Below, piece after piece: positions 25,916 to 34,514 of a DNA stretch of 64,000 nucleotides. The stretch comes from Acidimicrobiales bacterium. GTDB lineage: Bacteria; Actinomycetota; Acidimicrobiia; Acidimicrobiales; Bog-793. The notes beneath the pieces are model-generated. The model ran no database searches, was not told the DNA's origin, and saw nothing but the letters and a program-made list of their open reading frames with translations. Position numbers and translations under genes: made by a program. The stretch lies in the NCBI GenBank assembly GCA_049523315.1, contig JBEKMZ010000001.1, positions 15,147 through 79,146 of the forward strand, written 5' to 3'. Every line of letters begins with the position of its first letter. Within the stretch, counting starts at the first letter, position 1.

Positions 25916-27105
25916 CCGAACACGCAGCCCCGAGCGGCCAGCGCCAGGCCCGAGCCGGTTTTGTGCCGCCGGTCTACCCCTACGACAAGCTGGCTGCCCT
26001 GGCCCAGCTCGGCGATCGCCACGAAGGTGGCGTCGTCGACCTGTCAATCGGCACGCCGTGTGACCCTCCGCCCGCCCCGGTCCTTCGAGCCCTCGCGGAC
26101 TCGGGAACAGAGCGCGGCTATCCGTCCTCCATAGGCTCGGCCGAGTACCGCGAGGCCGCCCTGGCGTGGATGTCACGCCGCTTTGGCGTCGACACAGCCG
26201 ATGTCGCGGTGGCAGCGTGCGTGGGTACCAAAGAGCTCGTCTCTGGCGTGCCCCACTTCTTGCAGCTGCGGACCCCTTTGCGCGACACGGTGCTCTGCCC
26301 GCTGCTGGCCTACCCGACCTACGAGATGGGCGCCATCCTCGCGGGCTGCCGCGCCGTCGCCGTCGCGCTGGCCCCGGACGGGACGATGGACCTCTCGTCG
26401 ATCTCAGCCGAGGACGCCGCGCGGGCATTGTGCCTGTGGGTGAACAGCCCCGGGAACCCGGGGGGTCAGCTCGAGGACCTTGAGGCCGCTGCCCGCTGGG
26501 GCCGCTCACATCGTGTGCCGGTCTTCTCCGACGAGTGCTACGTCGAGTTCACATGGGCGGGCGCCGGCCGCAGCATCCTCGAGCATGGTTCCGAGGGAGT
26601 GGTCGCGGTCCACTCGCTCTCAAAACGCTCGAACCTAGCTGGCCTGAGGGCCGGTTTTTTCGCTGGGGACCCCGAGCTCGTCGGCTACCTTTCGAAGCTC
26701 CGCCAGCACGCCGGGTTCATGGTCCCCGGGCCTGTCCAGCACGCCGGCGCAGTGGCTCTCGGTGACGACTCGCACGTCGATCAGCAACGGGCGCGCTACT
26801 GGTCCCGCCTAGAACGCTTCGCCGAGGTGCTGACCGCGTGCGGGATCGCCGCGGCCCCGCCTGCGGGATCGTTCTACCTCTGGGTGGCCGTGCCCGAGGC
26901 GTTCGTGACGGCGGGCGCCACGAACGGCCCGAGCGCGGGCTGGGCCTTGACACGCTGGCTCGCGGACCGAGGCGGCGTCCTCGTGGCCCCGGGCGATACC
27001 TACGGGCCCGCCGGCACCGGCCATGTCCGCGTGGCGATGGTGCAGCCGGACCAACGCCTCGAGATCGTCGCCCGCAGGCTCGCGGAGGCCAGGGTCAGCG
27101 ACTGA
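25912..27105 (+). CDS. dapC: N-succinyldiaminopimelate aminotransferase (class I/II PLP-dependent)
   Basis: DLSIGTP, YPTYEMGA, NSPGNP, SDECY and PLP-lysine motif SLSKRSNLAGLRAG; located next to dapD and dapE. Confidence 0.85.
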   Translation: MTEHAAPSGQRQARAGFVPPVYPYDKLAALAQLGDRHEGGVVDLSIGTPCDPPPAPVLRALADSGTERGYPSSIGSAEYREAALAWMSRRFGVDTADVAVAACVGTKELVSGVPHFLQLRTPLRDTVLCPLLAYPTYEMGAILAGCRAVAVALAPDGTMDLSSISAEDAARALCLWVNSPGNPGGQLEDLEAAARWGRSHRVPVFSDECYVEFTWAGAGRSILEHGSEGVVAVHSLSKRSNLAGLRAGFFAGDPELVGYLSKLRQHAGFMVPGPVQHAGAVALGDDSHVDQQRARYWSRLERFAEVLTACGIAAAPPAGSFYLWVAVPEAFVTAGATNGPSAGWALTRWLADRGGVLVAPGDTYGPAGTGHVRVAMVQPDQRLEIVARRLAEARVSD

Positions 27106-27127
27106 CGGACCCGATAGCCTCGACGCG

Positions 27128-27955
27128 ATGGACAAGCTGAGCTCCGCTGTCACCGCGCTTTGGGAGCGACGCCAGGAGCTCACCCCAGGCGACGCAGAGG
27201 CTCTCGCAGTGGTGGACGAGGCGATCGGCCTCCTCGACACCGGCGCGGCGCGTGTCGCGGAGATCGATCCGTCCAGCGACCAAGTGGTCGTCCACGAGTG
27301 GCTCAGGCAGGCCATCTTGCTCCTGTTCATCCTCTCGGAGGTCAAGTCGACCGAGCACGGGCCTTTCGAGTACACCGACAAGCTGCCTTTGAAACACGGC
27401 CTTCAGGCCGCGGGTGTGCGGGCTGTTCCGGGAGCTTCGGCCCGGCGCGGCGCTTTCTTGGGGCGTGGCGTCGTGCTCATGCCGAGCTATGTGAACATCG
27501 GTGCTCACGTGGGAGCATCGACGATGGTCGACACGTGGGCGACCGTCGGCTCATGCGCGCAGATCGGCGCGCGGGTCCACCTCTCGGGTGGTGTCGGGAT
27601 CGGCGGGGTGCTCGAGCCGCCAAACGCCAGGCCCGTCGTCATCGAGGACGAGGTCGTCATCGGCAGCCGGTCGATGGTCACCCAAGGGGCACGGGTGGGA
27701 GAGGGGGCCGTGCTGGGCGAGGGGACCATCCTCAACCCGTCGATACCGGTGATCGACGCCTGGTCCGGCGACGAGCTCGGCCGCGGCTACGTGCCGCCTT
27801 GGAGCGTCGCCGTCAGCGCGATGCGGCGCCGGAAGTACCCGGGCGGAGAATTCTTCCTGCCGTGTGTGCTCGTCGTTCGCCATCTCACGCCTGGCGAGCG
27901 CCACGACAAGGCCATGTTGAACGAGATCCTCCGCGAGCACGGGACGTCCGCGTGA
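27128..27955 (+). CDS. dapD: Tetrahydrodipicolinate N-succinyltransferase
   Basis: VHEWLRQAILL, DKLPLK, LMPSYVNIGA, VDTWATVGSCAQIG and GVGIGGVLEP. Confidence 0.93.
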   Translation: MDKLSSAVTALWERRQELTPGDAEALAVVDEAIGLLDTGAARVAEIDPSSDQVVVHEWLRQAILLLFILSEVKSTEHGPFEYTDKLPLKHGLQAAGVRAVPGASARRGAFLGRGVVLMPSYVNIGAHVGASTMVDTWATVGSCAQIGARVHLSGGVGIGGVLEPPNARPVVIEDEVVIGSRSMVTQGARVGEGAVLGEGTILNPSIPVIDAWSGDELGRGYVPPWSVAVSAMRRRKYPGGEFFLPCVLVVRHLTPGERHDKAMLNEILREHGTSA

Positions 27956-29031
27956 GCCTGCCGGGGACCGGCCTGCTCGAGCTGACCGCGGAGCTCGTCG
28001 ACATCCCCTCGGTCAGTCACGACGAGGGCAAGGCCGCGGATTTCGTTATGGCGGCACTCGAGGGGGCGGGCCACCTTGAGACAACCCGCATCGGCCACAA
28101 TGTCGTCGCGCGAAGCTCACTCGATCGGCGGTGGCGCCTGGTTATCGGCGGGCATCTAGACACCGTCCCGCCGAACGGGAACGAGCGCGCGGTGCTCGAC
28201 GCCGATCGGTGCGCCGGGCTCGGGGCGGCCGACATGAAAGGCGGCTTGGCGGTGATGCTCGAGCTAGCCAGAAGCGTTGTCGAGCCGGCTGTGGACGTGA
28301 CCTACGTCTGGTACGCGTGCGAGGAGGTCGAGCAGCGATACTCGGGCCTGATAGAGCTCGAGAAGGCGAACCCCGCCCTTCTCGTCGCCGACGCGGCGGT
28401 TCTGGCCGAGCCCACCGCCGCCGCCGTCGAGGCGGGGTGCCAGGGCGTTTTGCGCATCGGCGTGCGCCTCGGAGGTGAGCGCGCGCATGCGGCGAGGTCA
28501 TGGATGGGCGTGAACGCCATTCACCGCATCGGCCGGGTGCTCGAGCGCGTAGACGGATTCGTCGCCCGCAGGCCCGTGCTCGGCGGTTGCGAGTACCGCG
28601 AGGCCCTTCAGGCCGTTCGGGTCGGCGGCGGCGTGGCGAACAACGTCGTACCGGACGAGGCGATGCTGGTCCTGACCCACCGCTACGCCCCGGATCGCAC
28701 AAAGGAGGAGGCGTTTGGGGCGGTCTGCGAGTTGCTGGCTCCGGCGCTCGACGACGAGCTCGGAGATGCCGTCGTCCTAGAGGACTTCGCACTGGCGGCG
28801 GCGCCCAACCTCGAGCACCCTTTGCTATCTGCTCTCGTGAACCTCAGCGCGAAGCCTCCCCGCGCCAAGCTCGGCTGGTCGGACGTGAGCTTTTTCAGCG
28901 CCCGGGGGGTGCCGGCGGTGAACTTCGGTCCGGGGGACCCATTGCTGGCCCACGGCGCCGGTGAGTGGGTGGGCCGCGATGATCTCGACGCTGTGTTCTC
29001 GAGCCTCGAAGAGCTGATCTCGCGGACATGA
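27952..29031 (+). CDS. dapE: Succinyl-diaminopimelate desuccinylase
   Basis: LVDIPSVS, GHLDTVP, ADMKGG, CEEV, EPT, AHAAR, NNVVPD and NFGPGDPLLAH. Confidence 0.92.
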   Translation: MSLPGTGLLELTAELVDIPSVSHDEGKAADFVMAALEGAGHLETTRIGHNVVARSSLDRRWRLVIGGHLDTVPPNGNERAVLDADRCAGLGAADMKGGLAVMLELARSVVEPAVDVTYVWYACEEVEQRYSGLIELEKANPALLVADAAVLAEPTAAAVEAGCQGVLRIGVRLGGERAHAARSWMGVNAIHRIGRVLERVDGFVARRPVLGGCEYREALQAVRVGGGVANNVVPDEAMLVLTHRYAPDRTKEEAFGAVCELLAPALDDELGDAVVLEDFALAAAPNLEHPLLSALVNLSAKPPRAKLGWSDVSFFSARGVPAVNFGPGDPLLAHGAGEWVGRDDLDAVFSSLEELISRT

Positions 29032-29083
29032 GTCGGTGGCCGTCCGCGCGCCTGCAGGGCTGGCGCAGCTACGCAGGCTCAGC

Positions 29084-29716
29084 TCACAATCGCCTGAGGA
29101 CCGTCACGACCTTGCCGTAGATGACGAACTGGTCGACGGTGAGCTCCATTTCTGAATAGGCGGGGTTGGCGGGGACTAGGACTACTTTGCCGCGGCGCTT
29201 GCGCAGCGTCTTCACGGTCGCTTCGTCCTCACCGATGGCCACCACGACGATGTCGCCGGACTCGGCGTCGGCCTGGCGGCGGACAACGACGAAGTCGCCG
29301 TCGAGGATGCCGGCGTCGATCATCGAGTCACCGCGCACCTTCAACATGAACAGCTCACCGGAACCGGTGAAGTCGCGGGGGATGGGCAGGAGCTCCTCGA
29401 CGGATTCCTCCGCCAGCACCCCGGTGCCAGCGGCGACGTGGCCGATCAAAGGTACGTGCGCCACCGGGCGCACCCGGATCGCCGCTCCGGAGGAGGGCTC
29501 CCACCTGACGATGATCGCCCTCGGTTTGGTCGGGTCGCGCTGCAGGTAGCCCTCCCGCTGGAGAACCTGCAGGTGCGTGTGAACCGTCGAAGGCGACGTG
29601 AGGCCCACGGCCTCGCCGATCTCGCGCACAGACGGCGGATAGCCCCGTTCGCGGATCTGCTCCGCGATGAACTCGAGGATCCTGCGCCGCTTTCCTGCCA
29701 GGGTTGCCTCGGACAT
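29084..29716 (-). CDS. lexA: SOS repressor LexA
   Basis: GYPPSVREIG winged HTH, VAAG cleavage site, GDSM (Ser) and ATVK (Lys). GGAGGAG ribosome-binding site. Confidence 0.96.
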   Translation of the reverse strand: MSEATLAGKRRRILEFIAEQIRERGYPPSVREIGEAVGLTSPSTVHTHLQVLQREGYLQRDPTKPRAIIVRWEPSSGAAIRVRPVAHVPLIGHVAAGTGVLAEESVEELLPIPRDFTGSGELFMLKVRGDSMIDAGILDGDFVVVRRQADAESGDIVVVAIGEDEATVKTLRKRRGKVVLVPANPAYSEMELTVDQFVIYGKVVTVLRRL

Positions 29717-29786
29717 TCTCGCTCCTCCCGTTCAGACCCGTTCCGGTCCTCGCCGCACGAGGCTAAGCCGCGGGGGAACCGAATGC

Positions 29787-29875
29787 AAACACCCGTTCGT
29801 GAAACACCCGTTCGATATATTCCTTGACAGCGAACAGGCGTTCGTGGTCAGATGACGGAGTCGAACATATGTGCG
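29787..29875. promoter_or_regulatory. Cluster of four LexA (SOS) boxes, GAAC-N4-GTTC type
   Basis: AAAC-ACCC-GTTC at 29787-98 and 29802-13, perfect CGAAC-AGGC-GTTCG at 29831-44, and TCGAAC-ATAT-GTGCG at 29861-75. TTGACA at 29824-29. Confidence 0.85.
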
Positions 29876-29943
29876 CCGGCAGATCGCCGGGAGCGACAGA
29901 CCGGCCGCGGCGGCGCCGGTTCCTCTAGGCCCGAGGAGGGGAC

Positions 29944-30576
29944 ATGGGAGCGCTGGCAAGGACCGAGGAGATGGCTATTGGACGCATCGCCGGTTCGGCG
30001 CCGCACCCGGAGCGCTCACGGCCACGAACTCGGCCGGCCGCGCGGCGCCAGGCGAGCTGGAACGTGCTCGCCGAGGAGATCGTCCCGTTTCCCGTGCCGC
30101 GGGTGCACTGCGGTGCAGCGGAGGTTCTGCGCCGGGCTGGTGAGAGGAACCCAACGCAGGCCCGCCTCGAGGGCGGTGCGGTCCCGGGCCGGGTCACCAA
30201 ACCGTCCCTGTTCGACGTTGCGAGGCCGTTGACTGCCCGGGCGGGGGACACTATGGCTCACGTCGGGTCCCGGCGCGTCTCCCGGCCGCGAGGGTTGCGG
30301 CGCCTCCTCCCCGGCGCTGCCACCCTCGCGGTCTTGGCGAGCGTCTGGGTCGGCGCCGGGGCGCTGTCGGGCCTGCACCGCCCCTCCCTCGCGATCCCCG
30401 CCGCGGCGGTGAAGGTGCACGGCGGCTATTTGTACACCGCTCGCCCGGGGGACACTTTGTGGTCGATCGCCTCGAAGCTCGAGCCGGGTGGCGACCCGAG
30501 AATTCTCGTCGCCCAGCTCGAGCAACAGCTCCACGGCGGCGAGCTGGTCGCCGGTGACGAGCTCAAGCTGCCCTGA
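29944..30576 (+). CDS. Single-pass membrane LysM protein (YneA/ChiZ/DivS-like SOS cell-division inhibitor candidate)
   Basis: TM helix (LLPGAATLAVLASVWVGAGAL) and C-terminal LysM (YTARPGDTLWSIA...LVAGDELKLP). GAGGAGG ribosome-binding site; lies between lexA and nrdR. Confidence 0.8.
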   Translation: MGALARTEEMAIGRIAGSAPHPERSRPRTRPAARRQASWNVLAEEIVPFPVPRVHCGAAEVLRRAGERNPTQARLEGGAVPGRVTKPSLFDVARPLTARAGDTMAHVGSRRVSRPRGLRRLLPGAATLAVLASVWVGAGALSGLHRPSLAIPAAAVKVHGGYLYTARPGDTLWSIASKLEPGGDPRILVAQLEQQLHGGELVAGDELKLP

Positions 30577-30689
30577 AGAGGAGCCGGGGCAGCCCTGGGC
30601 GCGTGCAGCGCCGAAGGCTGTGTGCCCCCCGAAAGGGGCTATGCCGCTTAGCGCGCCCGTGAGTCGCGGATCGGCGCTACGGTCGACTC

Positions 30690-31208
30690 GTGCGCTGCCC
30701 GTGGTGTGGGGCGACAGAAGACCGGGTCGTGGACTCTCGCGAGGTGGAACACGGTGAGGCAATCCGCCGCCGGCGCGAGTGCCTTTCTTGCACCCGCCGG
30801 TTCACGACAGTCGAGCGCATGAGTCAAACGGTGTTATGGGTCTTGAAGCGGTCGGGTCACCGTGAGCCCTTCGATCGGACCAAGCTGATCGCCGGCGCCC
30901 GTGCCGCCTCAAAGAACCGTCCGGTGGGTCCAGAGCAGCTGGAGGACCTTGCGGCCTCGGTCGAGAGGACTGCCTGGTCACTCGGTCCCGAGGTGCAAAG
31001 CGAGCAGGTGGGACTCGCAGTGCTCGAATGCCTGCGCCAGCTCGACGATGTCGCGGCGGTGCGTTTTGCCAGCGTTTACAAGGGCTTCGAAGAGGTGGAC
31101 GACTTCGCGCGCGAGCTCGGGCTGTTGAATAGGGAGGTGGCAGCGGGCGACGCCGGCGCGGCTGATCAGGGTGCGAGCGGAGGAACGAGCGGCGGCCCGG
31201 AGCCATGA
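30690..31208 (+). CDS. nrdR: Transcriptional repressor NrdR
   Basis: MRCPWCG..DRVVDSR...IRRRRECLSC..RFTTVE zinc ribbon plus ATP cone (VLKRSG..EPFDRTK, AVRFASVY). TACGGT lies 6 nt before the GTG. Confidence 0.95.
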   Translation: MRCPWCGATEDRVVDSREVEHGEAIRRRRECLSCTRRFTTVERMSQTVLWVLKRSGHREPFDRTKLIAGARAASKNRPVGPEQLEDLAASVERTAWSLGPEVQSEQVGLAVLECLRQLDDVAAVRFASVYKGFEEVDDFARELGLLNREVAAGDAGAADQGASGGTSGGPEP

Positions 31209-31918
31209 GCGAGTCACTCCTCGGCGAGCCACCGGCAAGCGCCCTCGCGATCTATGCCCATCCCGACGACCCGGCGATCTCGTGCGGTGGCACGCTCGCG
31301 AGTTGGGCCGCTGCCGGGAGCGCGGTGCACGTCGTCATCTGCACAGCGGGGGACAAGGGCTCGGCCGATCCGGACACGGACCCCGACGACCTCGCACGGT
31401 CGAGGGTGCTCGAGGCGGAGCGTTCCGCCGAGGTTCTCGGAGTCGTCGGCACGCATTTTTTGGGCCATCTCGACGGTGAGCTCGAGAACGACAGCGCCCT
31501 GAGGCGCGAACTCGTGCTGATCATCCGGGAGCTGAGTCCTGAGGCCATCATCGGCCCCGACCCGCTTGCGGTGTTCTTCGGCGAGCATCACTACAACCAC
31601 CGGGACCACAGGGTCGTCGGGTGGGCGGCACTCGACGCGGCGGCCCCGGCTGCGGCCTTACCCCTTTATTTCAAAGGGACGGGAAAGCCTCATCAGGTCA
31701 CAGCAGCGTACCTGTCGGGATCCTTGGAGCCCAACGTCTGGGTCGACGTGACCGCGACCATCGACCGGAAGATCGAGGCAGTGGCGTGCCATATGTCGCA
31801 GCTGGCAGATGCCGGAGACTGGATCGCGAGCGCGCTGCGCGATGGCGCCGAGGATGCCGGGCGAGAAGTCGGCGTCGACTACGCGGAGTCCTTCCGGCGG
31901 ATACGGCTGGCGTCGTGA
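31205..31918 (+). CDS. PIG-L family deacetylase
   Basis: AHPDD, VICTAGDKG, DGEL, NHRDHR and KIEAVACHMSQ. Confidence 0.88.
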   Translation: MSESLLGEPPASALAIYAHPDDPAISCGGTLASWAAAGSAVHVVICTAGDKGSADPDTDPDDLARSRVLEAERSAEVLGVVGTHFLGHLDGELENDSALRRELVLIIRELSPEAIIGPDPLAVFFGEHHYNHRDHRVVGWAALDAAAPAAALPLYFKGTGKPHQVTAAYLSGSLEPNVWVDVTATIDRKIEAVACHMSQLADAGDWIASALRDGAEDAGREVGVDYAESFRRIRLAS

Positions 31919-33198
31919 CAACCGCCCTCGACATCTTGCACGTCGACATGGACGCCTTTTTCGCCTCTGTCGAGGTCCTCGACGACCCGAGCCTTCGCGG
32001 TCTGCCGGTGATCGTCGGAGGGACCGGCGCCCGTGGCGTGGTGGCGTCGTGCTCGTACGAGGCGCGGGCGACGGGGGTCCGCTCGGCGATGCCCATGGGC
32101 GAGGCCCGGCGTCGTTGCCCGAGGGCCGTTGTGCTCTCCGGCAGGCACGGCCGCTACGGCGAGGTGAGCCGGAAGCTGAACGACGTCTTCGAGGTGTTCA
32201 CCCCGCTCATCGAGCCGATCTCGCTCGACGAGGCTTTCCTCGACGTCTCGGGGAGCCACCGGCTCTTCGGCGACAGCGAGCAGATCGGCGAGGCGATCCG
32301 GGCCCGCGTCAGCGAGGACTTGAAGCTCTCCTGTTCTGTCGGTGTCGCCCGCTGCAAACTGCTGGCGAAGCTCGCCTCGCGGGCCGCTAAGCCCGTCGCC
32401 TCGCCGAAGGGCCCGATACCCGGGCCGGGGGTCTTCGTGATCCCCGCCACCGAGGAGCTCGAGTTCCTCCACCCGCGCCCGGTCTCGGACCTGTGGGGCG
32501 TCGGTCCGAGGACAGCCGAGCGGCTCGCTCGCTACGGGATTGCCACCGTCGGCGACCTTGCCAGGATCGATCCGACGCACCTGGCCCGGCTCGTGGGCAA
32601 GTCAGCCGGAGCACAGCTGCACGACCTCGCTTGGGCGAGGGATGACCGACCGGTCGTGCCCGGTCGGCCCGTGAAGTCGGTCAGCCACGAGGAGACCTTC
32701 GCGACCGACGTGCACGATCCCGAGCGGCTCCGTGTCGAAGTCGTTCGCATGTCCGACTCCGTCAGCAGCCGGCTTCGCACGAACCACCTCCAGGGCCGGA
32801 CGGTGACGCTCAAGCTGCGCTACGGGGACTTCTCGACGATCACGAGGTCACACTCGCTCATGCGCCCGGTGGCTTCGAGCGCCGAGCTCGTGAAGGTCGC
32901 GACCGCCCTGCTGTCGGCCACCGACGTCCGCCCCGGGGTACGGCTCTTGGGCGTGGGCGTCTCCTCGCTCGAGGAGCGCTCAGAGGCGGCCGCCGAACAG
33001 CTCGCGCTGTGGGACGAGGGAGAGGCGACACAGGGCCATGGCGGTCCGGCCTCGGCCGCCCGTTGCGACCTCGACGCGGCCGTCGACGCCATCCGCGAGC
33101 GCTACGGGATCGGCTCTGTCGGCCCGGCCGCCCTTGTCGGCGATTCGGGCCTGCGTGTCAAACAGGTCGGCGATTCCCCGTGGGGCCCCTCCCAGTGA
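31915..33198 (+). CDS. dinB: DNA polymerase IV (Y family)
   Basis: ILHVDMDAFFASVE, SCSYEAR, SLDEAFLD, LAKLAS, LWGVG, KSVSHEETF and VRLLGVG. Confidence 0.95.
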   Translation: MTTALDILHVDMDAFFASVEVLDDPSLRGLPVIVGGTGARGVVASCSYEARATGVRSAMPMGEARRRCPRAVVLSGRHGRYGEVSRKLNDVFEVFTPLIEPISLDEAFLDVSGSHRLFGDSEQIGEAIRARVSEDLKLSCSVGVARCKLLAKLASRAAKPVASPKGPIPGPGVFVIPATEELEFLHPRPVSDLWGVGPRTAERLARYGIATVGDLARIDPTHLARLVGKSAGAQLHDLAWARDDRPVVPGRPVKSVSHEETFATDVHDPERLRVEVVRMSDSVSSRLRTNHLQGRTVTLKLRYGDFSTITRSHSLMRPVASSAELVKVATALLSATDVRPGVRLLGVGVSSLEERSEAAAEQLALWDEGEATQGHGGPASAARCDLDAAVDAIRERYGIGSVGPAALVGDSGLRVKQVGDSPWGPSQ

Positions 33199-33363
33199 TG
33201 CCTGGGGTGTTCCAACTGGCGCTTGTGGGAATCAAGGCCGGAGCTGAGCGTCGACTCGTCGAAGGTGCCACACGGCCGAGCGTGCGGCCCCGCCGTTGTA
33301 GGGCCTATGGCCGTGTGAAATGATTGAGCTTGTGCGACAAGAGGTATCCGAGAGGGGGTGACG

Positions 33364-33738
33364 ATGCCGCTTTCTGAAGAAGAGCAGCGGATCCTCCACG
33401 AGATGGAGGAGAAGCTGTACGAGCACGACCGCGCTTTTGCCGATCGTGTCAGCACCAAGTCGTCGCGTCGCCAGACACCACGGTCCGGCAAGGGATGGAT
33501 CGTGGCTTTCTTGGCGGGTTTCGTGCTCTTGCTCGTCGCCTTCCGCTCGTCGCTGCTGCTTGGTAGCCTCGGCTTTTTGATCATGCTCGGTGCGGCCGTG
33601 GTCTATGTCCACCGTGTGAGGCAGTCCGACTCCGCGCGCTTTGGCGGTCTCAAGGGTTCGACACGTCGTTCGGGAATGGGTGACGAGCTGTCGGAGATGC
33701 GGCGCCGCCTGCGTTCCCGTTTCGGCAATCGCAACTGA
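33364..33738 (+). CDS. DUF3040 family membrane protein
   Basis: MPLSEEEQRILHEMEEKLYEHDRAFA followed by two TM helices; a typical neighbour upstream of the actinobacterial dcw cluster. Confidence 0.85.
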   Translation: MPLSEEEQRILHEMEEKLYEHDRAFADRVSTKSSRRQTPRSGKGWIVAFLAGFVLLLVAFRSSLLLGSLGFLIMLGAAVVYVHRVRQSDSARFGGLKGSTRRSGMGDELSEMRRRLRSRFGNRN

Positions 33739-33796
33739 CGCCTTCATCCTGCTGTTGAGCCGCGCCGGGCCTCGAGCTGGAAGCGACCGCCCACCC

Positions 33797-34147
33797 GTGT
33801 GTCTCGCCCTCGACATCGGAGGCACGAAGCTGGCCCTGGGGCTAGTCGACGTCCGAGCCGGCATCCTCGCACGAGATCAGGTCGCGAACCCGCGGACCGC
33901 TGACCGTGACAAGCTGTTCGGGACCCTCGGCGATCTCGTCTGGTCGTCGTCGACGCGGGCCTTGACGCTGGACCTTTTCGTCGATGCCGCCCAGGTGGAG
34001 CTCGACCTCCGCGCCTGCGTCGTGAACGCCCGCGGCGGCCGCTTGCAGGTGGTCGGCCTCGGCGCGGACGGTCCGCCCGTGGGCGCGGAGGCGGTCGGTT
34101 GGCGAGGCATCGGCTGTCTGGCCACCGCGCCTGGGCCGGCCGCATGA
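33797..34147 (+). pseudogene. Truncated ROK family (sugar kinase/repressor) gene, N-terminal part only
   Basis: LALDIGGTKLALGLVD, a VVGLGADGP strand and WRG, then a stop after about 116 aa. No NDA, GE or GTGIG motifs follow before the next gene. The start could be TTG 33755. Confidence 0.55.
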
Positions 34148-34473
34148 GCCCGGGTCTGCACCCGAGCGGAACCTCCGGGGCCGGACCGGAGCGGGTCGGC
34201 GGTCGCCGCGCCGATCGCGCGTGGTGGCTCGGCGCCGTCGTCGCCCTCGCGCGTCAGCCGCGGCTGTGGCCCGTGGCCGCCGTCGAATCGCTCGCGATGG
34301 CGCCGCGTGGGTGGTGGCACCGGTGGCCGCCCACGCCAGTCCCGTCCCCGCGCTGGCTGGCCTTTCGCATGGAGACTGCCTACGGGGACGCGACGGCGCG
34401 CCCCGATCCGGCCGACGTCGTCGCCTGGCTGGAATGGTGCAAGGTGTCACGCCGGCGTACGCGGTTGCGGTAG
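34144..34473 (+). CDS. Trp/Pro-rich hypothetical protein
   Basis: ATG overlaps the upstream TGA; GWWHRWPPTPVPSPRWLAFRMETAYG...DVVAWLEWC; GC-biased third codon positions. Confidence 0.65.
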   Translation: MSPGLHPSGTSGAGPERVGGRRADRAWWLGAVVALARQPRLWPVAAVESLAMAPRGWWHRWPPTPVPSPRWLAFRMETAYGDATARPDPADVVAWLEWCKVSRRRTRLR

Positions 34474-34514
34474 CCTCCGGCTGATGCCTGTGCCAGGACG
34501 ACAAGAGGGCTGAG

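Noticed and set aside
33329-33341. CTTGT-GCG-ACAAG palindrome before DUF3040
   Set aside because: Only 5-bp arms and a single occurrence; not distinguishable from chance without comparative data.
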